Below, piece after piece: positions 51,078-63,128 of a stretch of 64,000 nucleotides of DNA. This stretch comes from Malacoraja senta (taxonomy: Eukaryota), in assembly GCA_038087875.1 (NCBI GenBank), contig JAXLNO010000709.1, forward strand, positions 186,001-250,000, written 5' to 3'. The position numbers and the translations under genes were made by a program. How positions within the stretch are numbered: position 1 is the stretch's first letter; each line of letters begins with the position of its first letter. The notes under the pieces were generated by a model. That model searched no databases. It worked only from the letters and a program-made list of their open reading frames with translations, and was not told the origin of the DNA.

Positions 51078-51834
51078 TTATAAGGTTAATCTCTCTGAAC
51101 CTTTCCTATCTATGTACCTGTCCAAGTATCTTCTATATGCTGTTATAGTACCTGCCTCAACTACCTCCTCTGGCAGCTCACTCCATATACCCACCACCCT
51201 GTGAGTGAAAACATTGCACCTCAGGTTCCTATTATACTTGAATGGAAAAGGGGTGGAGGGATACAGGCCTAATGCAGTCAAATGGGATTAGTATACATAG
51301 GATCACAGGTGGCATGGATGAGGTGGGGGGGGGGGGGGGGTTAGGGAGTGTGGGGGGGGGTTGGTTGGTTGAAGCGAAAGGACTTGTTTGATTCTACAAT
51401 TCTTTCAGCAATGATGAGGTATTCAAAATAACGTCTGACAGTACAAAAGGATTATGAAGTGAAGTCCAAATGTATTTCTAAATGTATATTGTCATTAAAA
51501 ACACAAACAGCAGGAGGAAATTGGATGTCTAAAAATAATTTAAGATATTAATATATTGTGCTCAAGTCCTGAAGGAGGGCAGAACTGAATATACAAGTAG
51601 AGCATCTAATAAAAGTTGAAAACTAGACTAACATGAATGATATTTTATTTCCAACTTGCAGTGCTAATTTATCAGTCTCTCTCCTTTTCTTCTCATCTCC
51701 CCAGCATCACTGTTCTCACAACTTCTATCTCTCTTCCTTCTTATTGCTCTTTTCTCCCTGGTTATGGCTTTCTTCTCTGCATTTCATATTTTCTCGTTTT
51801 CAACCCTCAATTCTTTCATTCTTTCCAGCCCTTG

Positions 51835-52390
51835 TAAGTTCATATCATAGGAGCAGAATTAGGACATTCGGCCCATTGAGTTTACTCCGGCATTCAGTCA
51901 TGGCTGATCTATACTTCCCTCTCAACCCCATTCTCCTGCCTTACCCCGTAACCTTTAGCACACTTGCTAATCAAGAACCTGTCCATCTTCACTTTGTTCA
52001 CAGTCGTCTATGGCAATGAATTCCACAGATTCACCACCCTCTGGCTAAAGAAATTCCTCCTCATCTTTCTAAAGGTATGTCCTTTTATTATGAGGCTTTG
52101 TCCTCTGGTCATATACTCTCCACGAGTGGAAACACTTCTCTTGACATCCACACTATCCTGGCCTTTCATTATTCGGTAAGTTTCAATGAGATTCCCCCCC
52201 CCCTCATTCTTCTAAACTCTAGTGAGAACAGGCCCAGAGGCGTCAAACGGTCATCCTACATTAACACAATCATCCCCAGGAGCATTCTGGAAAACCCAGA
52301 AGAAGGGTCTCGACCAGAAATGTCACCCATTCCTTCTCTCCAGAGATGCTGCCTGTCCTGCTGAATTACTCCAGCATTTTGTGTCTATCT
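51835..52390 (-). mobile_element. CR1 3' fragment followed by a Penelope-derived 3' piece (+ strand, ~52298-52388)
   Basis: Homology to 8862-9225 and to the foldback family. Confidence 0.7.
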
Positions 52391-52952
52391 TAGGTGAGCT
52401 GTAGGGTCTGGTCCAATCCTCTATAGCTCTAAGATGCTATGATTCTCCCTGAAATAGACACAGAAGGGAATTGTTGGTGAAAGAGTCAAATGATTTGTTG
52501 ATAAAAGGTTAATTTATGTCAACTTTTTAAATGTTTTCATGCTTTACTGTCTTTGGCCTGTACTTGTAAAAATAGTAAGATAGACATTTAAATGAAAGAA
52601 GAAACAGCGGATTTGACAATTAATTGTATGATACAATGAAGAATCAAAGTAGAGTAATTGAAAAAAATTGGATTCAGTGAGACCGAAAGCTTATTATCAC
52701 ATTTACAGTCTGGGGACTTTCAATGCCCTGGGGCAAATTTTCAGTCAGACTGGTAATTTAGATGGACCTGTATCCCAGATTTAATATCAGAGCTTCTCTG
52801 TTTAAGTATGTGCACCTGCAGAGTATCTAAGAACTCTTGTTCTTATTCAGCCAGTTAGAGCTGAGTAACATGCACTGTCTGCACTCCCAAATCAACCGTC
52901 CTAGTAAATATGCAGTTTGTAATGAACCTGAGAGAAAGATATGTTAACAATG

Positions 52953-53280
52953 GCGACACGGTGGCACAGCGGTAGAGTTGGTGCCTTACAGCGATTACAG
53001 CGCCAGAGACTGGGTTTGAGTCCGACTACGGGTGCTGTCGGTACGGTTTTTGTACGTTCTCCCTGTGACCATGTGCGTTTTCTCCTAGATCTTCAGTTTC
53101 CTCCCAAACTCCAAAGACGTACAGGTTTTGAAGGTTAATTGGCTTGGGTTTGTTTACTTGGTATAAGTGTAAATTGTCCCCAGTGTATGTGGGCTGGTGT
53201 TAATGTGCGGGATCGCTGGTCGGCACGGACTCAGTGGGCCGAAGGGCCTGTTTCCGTGCTATATCTGTAAACTAAACTAA
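52953..53280 (+). mobile_element. Full-length HE1-like tRNA-derived V-SINE
   Basis: tRNA-like head (GGTGGCACAGCGGTAGAG...GGGTTTGAGTCC), central domain, CR1-shared tail GGGCCGAAGGGCCTGTTTCC and (TAAAC)n. Confidence 0.88.
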
Positions 53281-53632
53281 GACCTTTTCTTCATAATAGA
53301 TATTATTTTCTGTTTTTAGTAAATTTTAATCATGCTGAAATCTTGTCTTTCTAATCCATTGACTCTTGAGTGCTTGTTTGCTAGGATCAGTGTTTTTGGC
53401 ACATTAGTATGTTTAATGTATGTTAATTTATAACTAAAATAAATAATTACAAATAAAATAGTAAAACTCTATTCCTTCCTCCAATTGTTTTCTATATAAT
53501 TTGAACACGGTGCTATAAATTCCTGGGACGTAGTCTTTGTTAACATTCTAAGGATGGGAGCAGCTGGTGACGTTTTTATTCTATGCAGCTCAGCAAGTGC
53601 AACTTATGCTTAGCAAGAGAAAGCAAGTGCAA

Positions 53633-53767
53633 GTATAGGAAAGAACTGCAGATGCTGGTTTAAATCGAAGGGAGAAACAAAATGGTGGAGTAACTTAGCG
53701 GGACAGGCAGCATCTCTGGAGAGAAGGAATGGGTGATGTTTCGGGTCGAGACCCTTCTTCAGACTGA
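53633..53767 (-). mobile_element. Penelope-derived 3' piece with hammerhead-like motif
   Basis: GTTTCGGGTCGAGACCCTTCTTCAGACT. Confidence 0.7.
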
Positions 53768-53804
53768 GTGCTCGTGTTGGAGGCAGCTGCTAACTTCCAG
53801 TAGA

Positions 53805-54332
53805 TTCATGGAGTCATACAGTGTGGAAACAGGCCATTCGGGCCCAACTTGCCCATACAGGCCAACATGTCCCTGCTACACTTGTCCCACCTGCCTGTGT
53901 TTGGTCCATATCATTCCAAACCTTTCCTATCCATGTACCTTACTAACTGTTTCTTAAATGTTGGGATAGTCCCAACCTCAACTACCTCCTCTGGCAGCTT
54001 GATCCATACACCCACCACCCTTTGTGTGAAAAAGTTATCCCTCAGATTCCAATTAAATCTTTTCCGCCTTCACCTTAAACCTATGTCCTCTGGTCCTCGA
54101 TTCTCGTACTCTGGGCAAGAGTCTGTGCACCTACCCGATCTATTCCTCTCATGATCCTATACACCTTTTTCCTTCGCTCCATAGATGCTGCTGCACCCGC
54201 TGAGTTTCTCCAGCATTTTTGTGTACATCCTATACACCTCTATAAGATCACCCCTCATCCTTCTGCACTGTAGATCAGACCCTCTAATCCTGACAACATC
54301 CTCGTAAATCTTCTCTGTACTCTTTCCAGCTT
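53805..54332 (-). mobile_element. CR1 3' fragment with a 60-bp Penelope-derived insert (54167-54226)
   Basis: Homologous to 25860-26328; insert flanked by 13-bp ATCCTATACACCT. Confidence 0.85.
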
Positions 54333-54349
54333 GAGTTCCAGTACAGTTA

Positions 54350-55987
54350 TAGTGCCCTCCATAATGTTTTGGACAGACCCATCATTTATTTATTTTCCTT
54401 TGTACTCCACAATTTGAGATTCGTAATAGAAAAAATCACATGGTTAAAGTGCACATTGTCAGATTTTAATAAAGGCCATTTGTAAGCATTTTGGTTTCAC
54501 CATGTAGAAATTACAGCAGTGTTTATACATTGTCCCCCCCACCATAATCTTTGGGACACATGGCTTCGCAGGTGTTTGTAATTGCTCAGGTGCATAATAA
54601 TTGCCTCCTTAATGCAGGTAGAAGAGAGCTCTCAGCACCTAGTCTTTCCATCACCTTTGGAAACTTTTATTGCTGTTCATCAACATGAGGACCAGAGTTG
54701 TGCCAATGAAAGTCAAAGAAGCCATTATGAGACTGAGAAACAAGAATAAAGCTGTTAGAGACATCAGCCAAACCTTCGGCTTATCAAGATCAACTGTTTG
54801 GAACATTATTAAAAAGAAAGAGAGCACTGGTGAGCTTACTAATCACAAAGGGACTGGCAGGCCAAGGAAGACCTCCACTGCTGATAACAGAAGAATTCTC
54901 TCCATAATAAAGAAAAATCCCCAAACACCTGTCCGACAGATCAGAAACACTCTTCAGTAGTCAGGTGTGGATTTGTCAATGACCACTGTCCGCAGAAGAC
55001 TTCATGAACGAAATACAGAGGCTACACTGCAAGATGCAAACCACTAGTTACCACAAAAATAGGATGGCCAGATTACTGTTTGCCAAGATGTACTTAAAAG
55101 AGCAACCACAGTTCTGGAAAATGTCTTGTGGACAGATGAGATGAAGATTAACATATATCAGAATGATGGCAAGAGCAAAGTATGGAGGAGAGAAGGAACT
55201 GCCCAAGATCCAAAGCATATCACCTGATCTGTGAAACACGGTGGTGGGGGTGTTATGGCCTGGGCATGTATGGCTGATGAAGGTACTGGCTCACTTATCT
55301 TCATTGATGATACAACTGCTGATGGTAGCAGCATAATGAATTCTGAAGTGTATAGACACACACATCCTCTCTGCTCAAGTTCAAACAAATGCCTCAAAAC
55401 TCATTGGCCGGCGGTTCATTGTACAGCAAGACAATGATCCCAAACATACTGCTAAAGCAACAAAGGAGTTTTTCAAAGCTAAAAAATGGTCAATTCTTGA
55501 GTGGCCAAGTCAATCACCCAACCTGAACCCAATTGAGCATGCCTTTTATATGCTGAAGAGAAAACTGAAGGGGACTAGCCCCCAAAACAAGTATAAGCTA
55601 AAGATGGCGGCCATACAGGCCTGGCAGAGCATCACCAGAGAAGACACCCAGCAACTGGTGATGTCCATGAATCGCAGACTTCAAACAGTCATGGCATGCA
55701 AAGGATATGCAACAAAATACTAACATGACTACTTTCATTACATGACATTGCTGTGTCTCAAACATTATGGTGCCTGAAATGAGGGGGGGGGGTGGACGAC
55801 TATGTATAAACACTGCTGTAATTTCTACATGGTGAAACCAAAGTGTATAAAAATGGCCTTTATTAAAATCTGACAATGTACACTTTAACCACATGTGATT
55901 TTTTTCTATTACAAATCTCAAATTGAGGAGTACAGAGGCAAATAATTAAATAAAGGGTCATTGCCCCAAACATTATGGAGGGCACTG
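54350..55987 (+). mobile_element. Tc1 transposon (IR/DR type), ~1.64 kb, disrupted DDE transposase at ~54686-55723
   Basis: TIRs ending [45 protein letters not shown] and GYATKY* motifs, with stops and frameshifts. Confidence 0.93.
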
Positions 55988-56119
55988 TATATTTTTGCAA
56001 AAACTAGTTTATTTACAGACAGCCTAAACTCTATTTGATGATGAGTTTCTTGGACGTGAGTTTTGCTTCTTGGCAGGTTTGGTTAAGGAAGGTATAATTT
56101 ACAAAATGATCTTAAAATA

Positions 56120-56577
56120 ATTGTGGACGCAGCCTAGACCATCACACAAACCAACCTCCCTTCTATTGACTTTCATTTATACCTCATGCTGCCTTGGCAA
56201 GGCCAGCAGGACGAGCCGCACCCTGGCCACTCCCTCTTCTCCCCTCTTCCATCAGGCAAAAGGTATAGAAGTGTGAAAATGCACACCACCAGATTCAGGG
56301 ACAGTTTCTTCTCAGCTGTTATCAGGCAACTGAATCATTCTACTACAACCAGAGAGTAGTGCTGATCGACAATCTACCTCTTTGGTGACCCTCGGACTAT
56401 CCTTGATCGGACATTGCTGGCTTTACCTTGCAATAAATGTTATTCCCCTATCATGTATCTATACACTGTAAATGGATCGATTGTAATCATGTATTGTCTT
56501 TCTGCTGACTGGTTAGCATACAACAAAAGCTTTTCACTGTACCTCAGTATACCTGAAAATAAACTGAACTGAAACTG
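56120..56577 (+). mobile_element. Rex1/Babar-type 3' fragment
   Basis: HPGHSLFSPLPSGKRYRSVK..TTRFRDSFF; (TGAAC)-like tail. Confidence 0.8.
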
Positions 56578-57849
56578 ATAACAATCTTGTTTGACAATAA
56601 AATGTCAGTTTTCGAATTCTGGTTGGATTGGGTTGGTTATAACTGATCAAGTCATAAAGTCATACAGCATGGAAACTGTTTCTCTGGCCACAACTTGCCC
56701 ATGCCCCATCTACACTAGTTCATTAGTGATAGGAGCAGAATTAGGCCATTCGGCCCATCCAGTCTACTCTACCATTTAATCATGGCTGATCTACCCTCTC
56801 AACCACATTCTCCTGCCTTCTCCCCATAACCCCTACACCCGTACTAATCAATAATCTGTCCATCTCTGCCTTAAAAAATATCCATTGACTCGGCCTCCAC
56901 ATCCTTCTGTGTCCTCCCTGCCTGCATTAGGGTTTGGCTTATATCCCTCTAAAGTGCTCTGCTCCAGGCTTTTGAGAGGCATCTTTATTTGTGATGCTCT
57001 TTTATGATGCCGGTGATATTTTGGAATAATTTCTATTTTGAAATTTGATTGTCTAATTCCATGTATTTCTGTTTTATATAAAACAATGTTAAACATCTGC
57101 CGCTCTCAAACATGTGCCGTTTCCAATTGGCATCAATGAACTTTTACTCTTTTAGAGTCACAGAGAGTCAGTGAGTGTTACAGCACCGAAATTGTTATTT
57201 CAAATCATCACATCTGTACATCATCACGCACCCATCTACATTAATCCCATTTTACCTCTTGACTCAAACGTATTACCTCCTTCGGCGATATCCTTGCTAT
57301 CTACCTACACAAGGGGTAATTTGCAGTGACTAATTGACGCACCAACCAGCATGTCTTTGGTATGTGGGAGGAAACCAGAGCATCCAGGGGAAACCATCAC
57401 AGTCACAACAAGAACGTGCAACTTCCAGCACCAGACGTTAGTATTAAACCCAGGTCTCCAGGTTTGTATCACTGTTCCAATTTGTATCGTTTCTGAATGA
57501 AGATTTTTAATTTCCTGCAATCACCCATCGATTATCACCAAATGCATTTAAATCACAGTAGTCAATAGTTCATTGGTGAACTTCAGTCACCATTAAAAAC
57601 AGATTGTAATGGTGCATATGTAACAGTGGCTGTTATTCTTGCTTTTCCACCGTTAACTCTGGAGTTCTCTCCAGGGCTTTCCTGGGCTTTTGTACATACT
57701 AGCTCTTGGCAACAACATCCTCTGGCATATCCCCTCTGATGCCACAAACGGATGAAGGTAATTTGTGAATATCAGCCATGTGATAGTGAAATCCAACTGA
57801 TATTTTTTAGTGAGGTTGATTGAGTGATATTTCCCCAATATTCTTTATA

Positions 57850-58050
57850 GATAAACACTAAAAGCTGGAGTAACTCAGCAGGACAGGCAGCATATCTGGA
57901 GATGTTTCTCAGATGTTCTTCAGACTGAAGATGGATCTTGACCCGAAATGTCACCCATTCCTTCTCTCCAGAGATGCTGCCTGACCTGCTGAGTTACTCC
58001 AGCATTTTGTGTCTACGGTGTAAAAACCAGCATCTTCATTTCCTTCCTAT
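57850..58050. repeat. Penelope-derived foldback repeat
   Basis: Inverted arms as in 9701-9942. Confidence 0.7.
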
Positions 58051-58561
58051 CAAATAACCCTTTCTCTTTACTGGAAAGGGTAGATGGGGCATTGATTGAA
58101 TGCCTTTGTTTACAATAAAGCACACGTGATAATGTAGCACTTCCTCCACACTGAAGTATCAGACTGGACTCTTGTGGTCAAGCCTCGAAATGACACAGAC
58201 TAAGATGCTTTTGACATGTTTGACACTACAGGTGCAATAGACGTGCAAGCATTTGTCACCAAAAATCAAGACAACTGCAGCTGCTTGAAATCTGAAATAA
58301 AAACAGAAAAAGGTATTGGAACCTGAAAACTGTAACATTCAGGTTCAGGAGTAGCTCATTCCCTACAACCATCAGGCTATGAATTGGGGACATTATTTTT
58401 TACCTTGCACTACTGTTGTCAATTTTTTTTGCTTGCTCTTATATGTACTGAACCTTTTTTGTTTATTATGGGTTGTACAGATTAATGTGTTTCCATTTCT
58501 GTTGTGCTGCTATAGGTAAGAATTCCATTGTTCCGTTTCAGGACATATAACAATAAAACAC

Positions 58562-59269
58562 AAAAATGCTGGAGCCTCCGCTTGGTCTCACCGATGTAGA
58601 TCAGCTGACATCTAGAGCAGCGGATGCAATAGATGAGGTTGGAGGAGATGCAGGTGAACCTCTGTCGCACCTGGAACGACTGCTTAGGTCCTTGAATGGA
58701 GTCGAGCGGGGAGGTGAAGGGACAAGTGTTGCATCTCTTGCGGTTGCAAGGGAAAGTAGATGTCAGCTGATCTACATCGGTGAGACCAAGCGGAGGCTTG
58801 GCGATCGTTTCGCCGAACACCTCCGGTCGGTCCGCAATAACCAACCTGACCTCCCGGTGGCTCAGCACTTCAACTCCCCCTCCCATTCCGTATCTGACCT
58901 CTCTGTCCTGGGTCTCCTCCATGGCCACAGCGAGCAACACCGGAAATTGGAGGAAATGCACCTCATATTCTGCTTGGGCAGTCTACATCCTGGGGGCATG
59001 AACATTGAATTCTCCCAATTTTGCTAGCCCTTGCTGTCTCCTCCCCTTCATCAGCCCTCTGGTTGTCTCCTCCCATCCCCCAGCCCTCGGGCTCCTCCTC
59101 CACCTCTTTTCCTTTTTTCCTTTCTTCTCCCCACCCCCTATTAGTCTGAAGAAGGGTTTCGGCCCGAAACGTTGCCTATTTCCTTCGCTCCATAGATGCT
59201 GCTGCACCCGCTGAGTTTCTCCAGCATTTTTGTGTACCTTCGATTTTCCAGCATCTGCAGTTCCTTCTT
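58562..59269 (+). mobile_element. Penelope-like element (Neptune-type) GIY-YIG 3' end with inverted 5' segment and 14-bp TSD
   Basis: Minus 58573-58756: CNRKRCNTCPF...SSNLIYCIRCSRCQLIYIGETKRRL; plus 58757 onward: YIGETKRRLGDRFAEH...HFN...RKLEE...GMNIEF; TSD TAACAATAAAACAC (58548-61, 59270-83). Confidence 0.9.
59146..59173 (+). ncRNA. Minimal hammerhead ribozyme motif in the PLE 3' region
   Basis: CTGAAGA-A-GGGTT-TC-GGCCC-GAAA-C-GTT (stem II kept by G-U pairs). Confidence 0.55.
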
Positions 59270-62200
59270 TAACAATAAAACACTCTTGACTTGAAAATGC
59301 AGGAAAATCTCAGCATGTCACCTGTGGAAAAGGAAAGAGTCAATATTTTGAGTCTGTGACACTTCATCAGAACGCATTTGTTTCATTTGAAATGTTGTAG
59401 TTGAGGCATTGACATCAGGATTATAACATTGAGATGCAATCTGTTTTGTACAAAGGGACCTCCACAATTTACAAATGCCTGACTTAATTACTGCCTGCAG
59501 ATATGAATCTATTCCAAAGGATAGCCCAAGAAAATTGAGGTTTATTGTTTTCTGTGGCAATGAAAATGATAACTGTGCTCGGTTATTGTGCGTTGACTCT
59601 ATGTAAAATTCTTCATCAAGTTGGATATTTATTATGTGTAGTTCTGTCCATTGAATAATTTCCCTGCACTGGCCTATCCCTGTGATTCTTTCCTTTCCTC
59701 AATCAAAATGTTATGTTTTGTGACTTGTCAGATCATTCCTTGAATTATTGCAAGAATATCAGCTTTTTCTGCAATTGACAACAATAACCCAGTGATTTAT
59801 AACATTGCAGACTGATCTGAGAAATGCTGTATCTCTTGCATCAATCTCAAATGCAATTTGTATGTATTTAATTTATTTCGCTGGAAGATAGAAAGAGCTT
59901 TTACAGAGGTATCTGTTTTGCAAAAACCTCTTTTGTTTTTTGCAACTTTTTGACTGAGGTAAAATGGAGCAAAGTTCGAGTAGCAATCTTAACGTCAATT
60001 CCATATTCAGTTTGGAAGATACATCTTGCACTGACTGAATGAACCAGTATTTTTTTGTTCCTGCGTCTCACCATCAGATTGTCTTGTCTCATCCGAATGC
60101 TGCATTGCTTATTTGGCTGGTTACAGTAGGGGGTTTTGGGGAGAATTAATCTACCAAACAACAACAACCTCTTCCCTTTCATCATGCTACTGTATCCAAT
60201 GTTTCACACAGAAACAATATTATTGGTCCTTTGAGATCTTTCATGCCATTAAGTACGATCCTAAACCCTCAATTTACACTTTGCAATTTTAATTAAATGC
60301 TATTAATTAAATTTAATAAACAGCGCTACTAGTTTCACAAATTGAATCCAACTTTCATCTCAGTATTTGATTTTATGTATTTCATTTGCTGATGTAGGGT
60401 AATCATTAATTTAGTACCTGATTTGTTTGACTCCAAAGATTTACAGCCTTTGATGTTCTATGCACAGTACTTTGATGCAACTAATCTGAGAGGAAATACA
60501 AGTAAATCAAATATAAAATTTGTACTGAGGCTGCACCTTAAAAGAGACATTGTGTGGCACGGACTTGTTTAAGACAACAATAGCAATAAAGGAAGCTAGT
60601 CTAACAACTTTGTTTTAAACCATGTTCCCGTGAAATCCTCTATTTGGGAATAATATGTAGATGGGCGTGCTAACAAAATGCTTCCTATGCATTTAAAAGC
60701 AGTATACAAAGGAAAGGAGGTGGAGATGCCATGTTTCAGCACTGCCAGCAGCATAATTATTCGATTAGCACTTAAAAGGGGAGTGAAATTATTTTATGGT
60801 GTGAATGACACGATCTGTTCTTGTTCATGCTGTCAATAGACATGTCGCTGATAGCATTTAACATGTTGCAAACATCAGCATTAATACATTGCAACTCCAT
60901 TGCTGATAAAGAACAAGCGCTTTTATTGACCCATTGAGCATTTATTAGATTTCAATAGGATCATAAAAAATTCAGATTTAAAATTAATTTTTCATAATAG
61001 TTTGTAAACTGCGACTGGTTTTGTAATCCGGTCAAGACGGCGATTTTAAAAGCTTATGTAATTAATTGTACAATTAAAGAGAATAATAGTAGGAGTACAG
61101 GCATTACTCTCTATTCTGTGGATTACTTTGCAAAAAGTGGTCTGCGAATTTAGTGTGTTTTCCCAAAATAAGTGTATCACACCAAAGCTCCACAGCAGAC
61201 CATGGAATTAGTAACATGTAGCAATAAAAGTGAAAAGCCAAGCAAAATATATTGCACATTATCCCTCACATTTTCCCTTGACATAACCAACAGTCCAAGA
61301 ACTCATAATAAATAAAAGGTGCTAAAAATAGAATAAGCCATATAAAATGTATCCCATCTGCAAAATAAATACTTTTAGAATTTACTGAGGATAGTGCGTT
61401 ACATTTTCAGTTGCCTTTTTTGAGTGTTGTTTATTCAACATTCGGGTAAAGTGATTAAAATAATTAAATATTGATTCAAACTTCAGATACTAAAGTTTAA
61501 ATGTGTGTGCATGCCCTGTGGCCTGCAAAAAAATATTTTGCTGTGAAGATTGCTTTACTTTTTTGAAACAAGAGGAATTCTCCCTTCAATGAGACTAACT
61601 AGTTGTTACTTTCTCAGATTTTTAAAAAATGATGAGGGGGTTTTCTACCAGTGTAAAGATCCGGGCTAATGCATGCTTATGATAACTAACCTTGAGAGCA
61701 CTTTGGGTCCTTTCAATAGGAAAGTGCCATGGTTGCTAGGCAGGAGTCAGAGTACAGCTCCCGGGTGACCTGCGATATCTTGCGGGTCACTGCAATGCTT
61801 GACAGAGAGGCTATGAATCTCCCGAATTGCAGTGGTCAAGCTATTTTTGTACCTATACCTCAAGTGGATAATAGACATTTGGTCCCTGGATGGTAAAGGG
61901 AAGTTAGTTCTGACATTGTGACATCTCCTAAATGAAAGGAGCTCAGTTAGAATGTAATCTCTTACAAGATAACTGTCACCAGCTAATTTAAGAAAGGATG
62001 ACTTTAACAAAGGACCTTTAGATTTTCCCCTAGTCACATTACAATTCAGGGTGGGATTTTCTTTTCCAGTCAGTAATCTGTTTCCTTTTGCCCCCCTCAT
62101 ATCAGTTTTTATTGCTTTACAAGCCTTGTCATCTATTGAAGTAGTAGCAGTTCCATAAACCTCATTGTTTGATGCGGAACAGTATTTTCCACCGGGTTCG

Positions 62201-62667
62201 GGTGTAACATGATAACGTCATTGTATTTTAAGGTTTCAATACCCGGTCACATTTTTTTTACTAAGCAATTGATTATATGTGGGAGCTGCCAAGGAAAGCA
62301 GTTTATCTCATCGCAGCTCTGTGGTAGTTTAATACCCCTCCGTGCTTTGCTATTGTTAAGTGGAAAGTTTTGTCCATTATTGTCTAGAAAAAATAAATGT
62401 TGTAGATTTAAAGACTCATCGAACTGAAAGTTCCGCGGTCAATTTTAAAGCTTTATTAAATCGAAGTATTGTACGGCAGTACTTCTGTACTTCACTCAAG
62501 TGGGGTTTTGTCCTTTCTGTTTAAGTCAGTTCTGCACTAGCCACATCAGCTCATCATTGGGGATTTGCCAATTGTTTAGACTTTAAAAAAATGGAGGAAC
62601 ATTCTCTTTGATTTTCCCTGTACACTGTGGATGGCTTGATTGTAATCATGTATTATCTTTCCGCTGA

Positions 62668-63128
62668 AGATATACACAAAATGCTGGAGTAACTCAGCGG
62701 GACAGGCAGCATCTCTGGAGAGAAGGAATGGGTGATGTTTCAGGTCGAGACCCTTCTTCAGACTGAGAGTCAGGGGAGAGGGAGACATGGAAGGGTTAGG
62801 TGTGAAAAGAACAGATCAAAGGGGATGCTGTCAAGGAAAATGCAGAATGGTTCATTGTTAGCTGCGGAGAAAGTGACAACGAGGCGCACAATCAGTAAAA
62901 TGTAATCAATGAAACTAGTCGGAGAGCTAGGATGGGGGAGGGGGAAGACAGAGGGAAAGCAAGGGTTACTTGAAATTAATTGGAGGAACGCAAATTGGAG
63001 GAACAGCACCTCACATTTCGCTTGGGCAGCTTACAACCCAGTGGTATGATGTTGATTTCTCTAACTTCTTATTAACTTTCACTTCTCTATCTTTGGTGTA
63101 AACCAGCATCTGCAGTACCTTCCTACAC
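62668..63128. mobile_element. Penelope-like fragment with inverted structure, inserted in a Rex-type tail (~62610-63215)
   Basis: Minus-strand 3' region 62668-62975, then plus-strand RKLEEQHLTFRLGSLQPSGM; 16-bp TSD ATTATCTTTCC(G/A)CTGA (62652-67, 63129-44). Confidence 0.8.

Noticed and set aside
51323..51362. G-runs as a functional G-quadruplex
   Set aside because: Low-complexity expansion in a decayed CR1 3' UTR; homopolymer lengths are unreliable and there is no supporting context.
52953..53030. tRNA gene (also ~47950-48015)
   Set aside because: A/B-box head continues into SINE body and LINE-derived tail; no complete cloverleaf.
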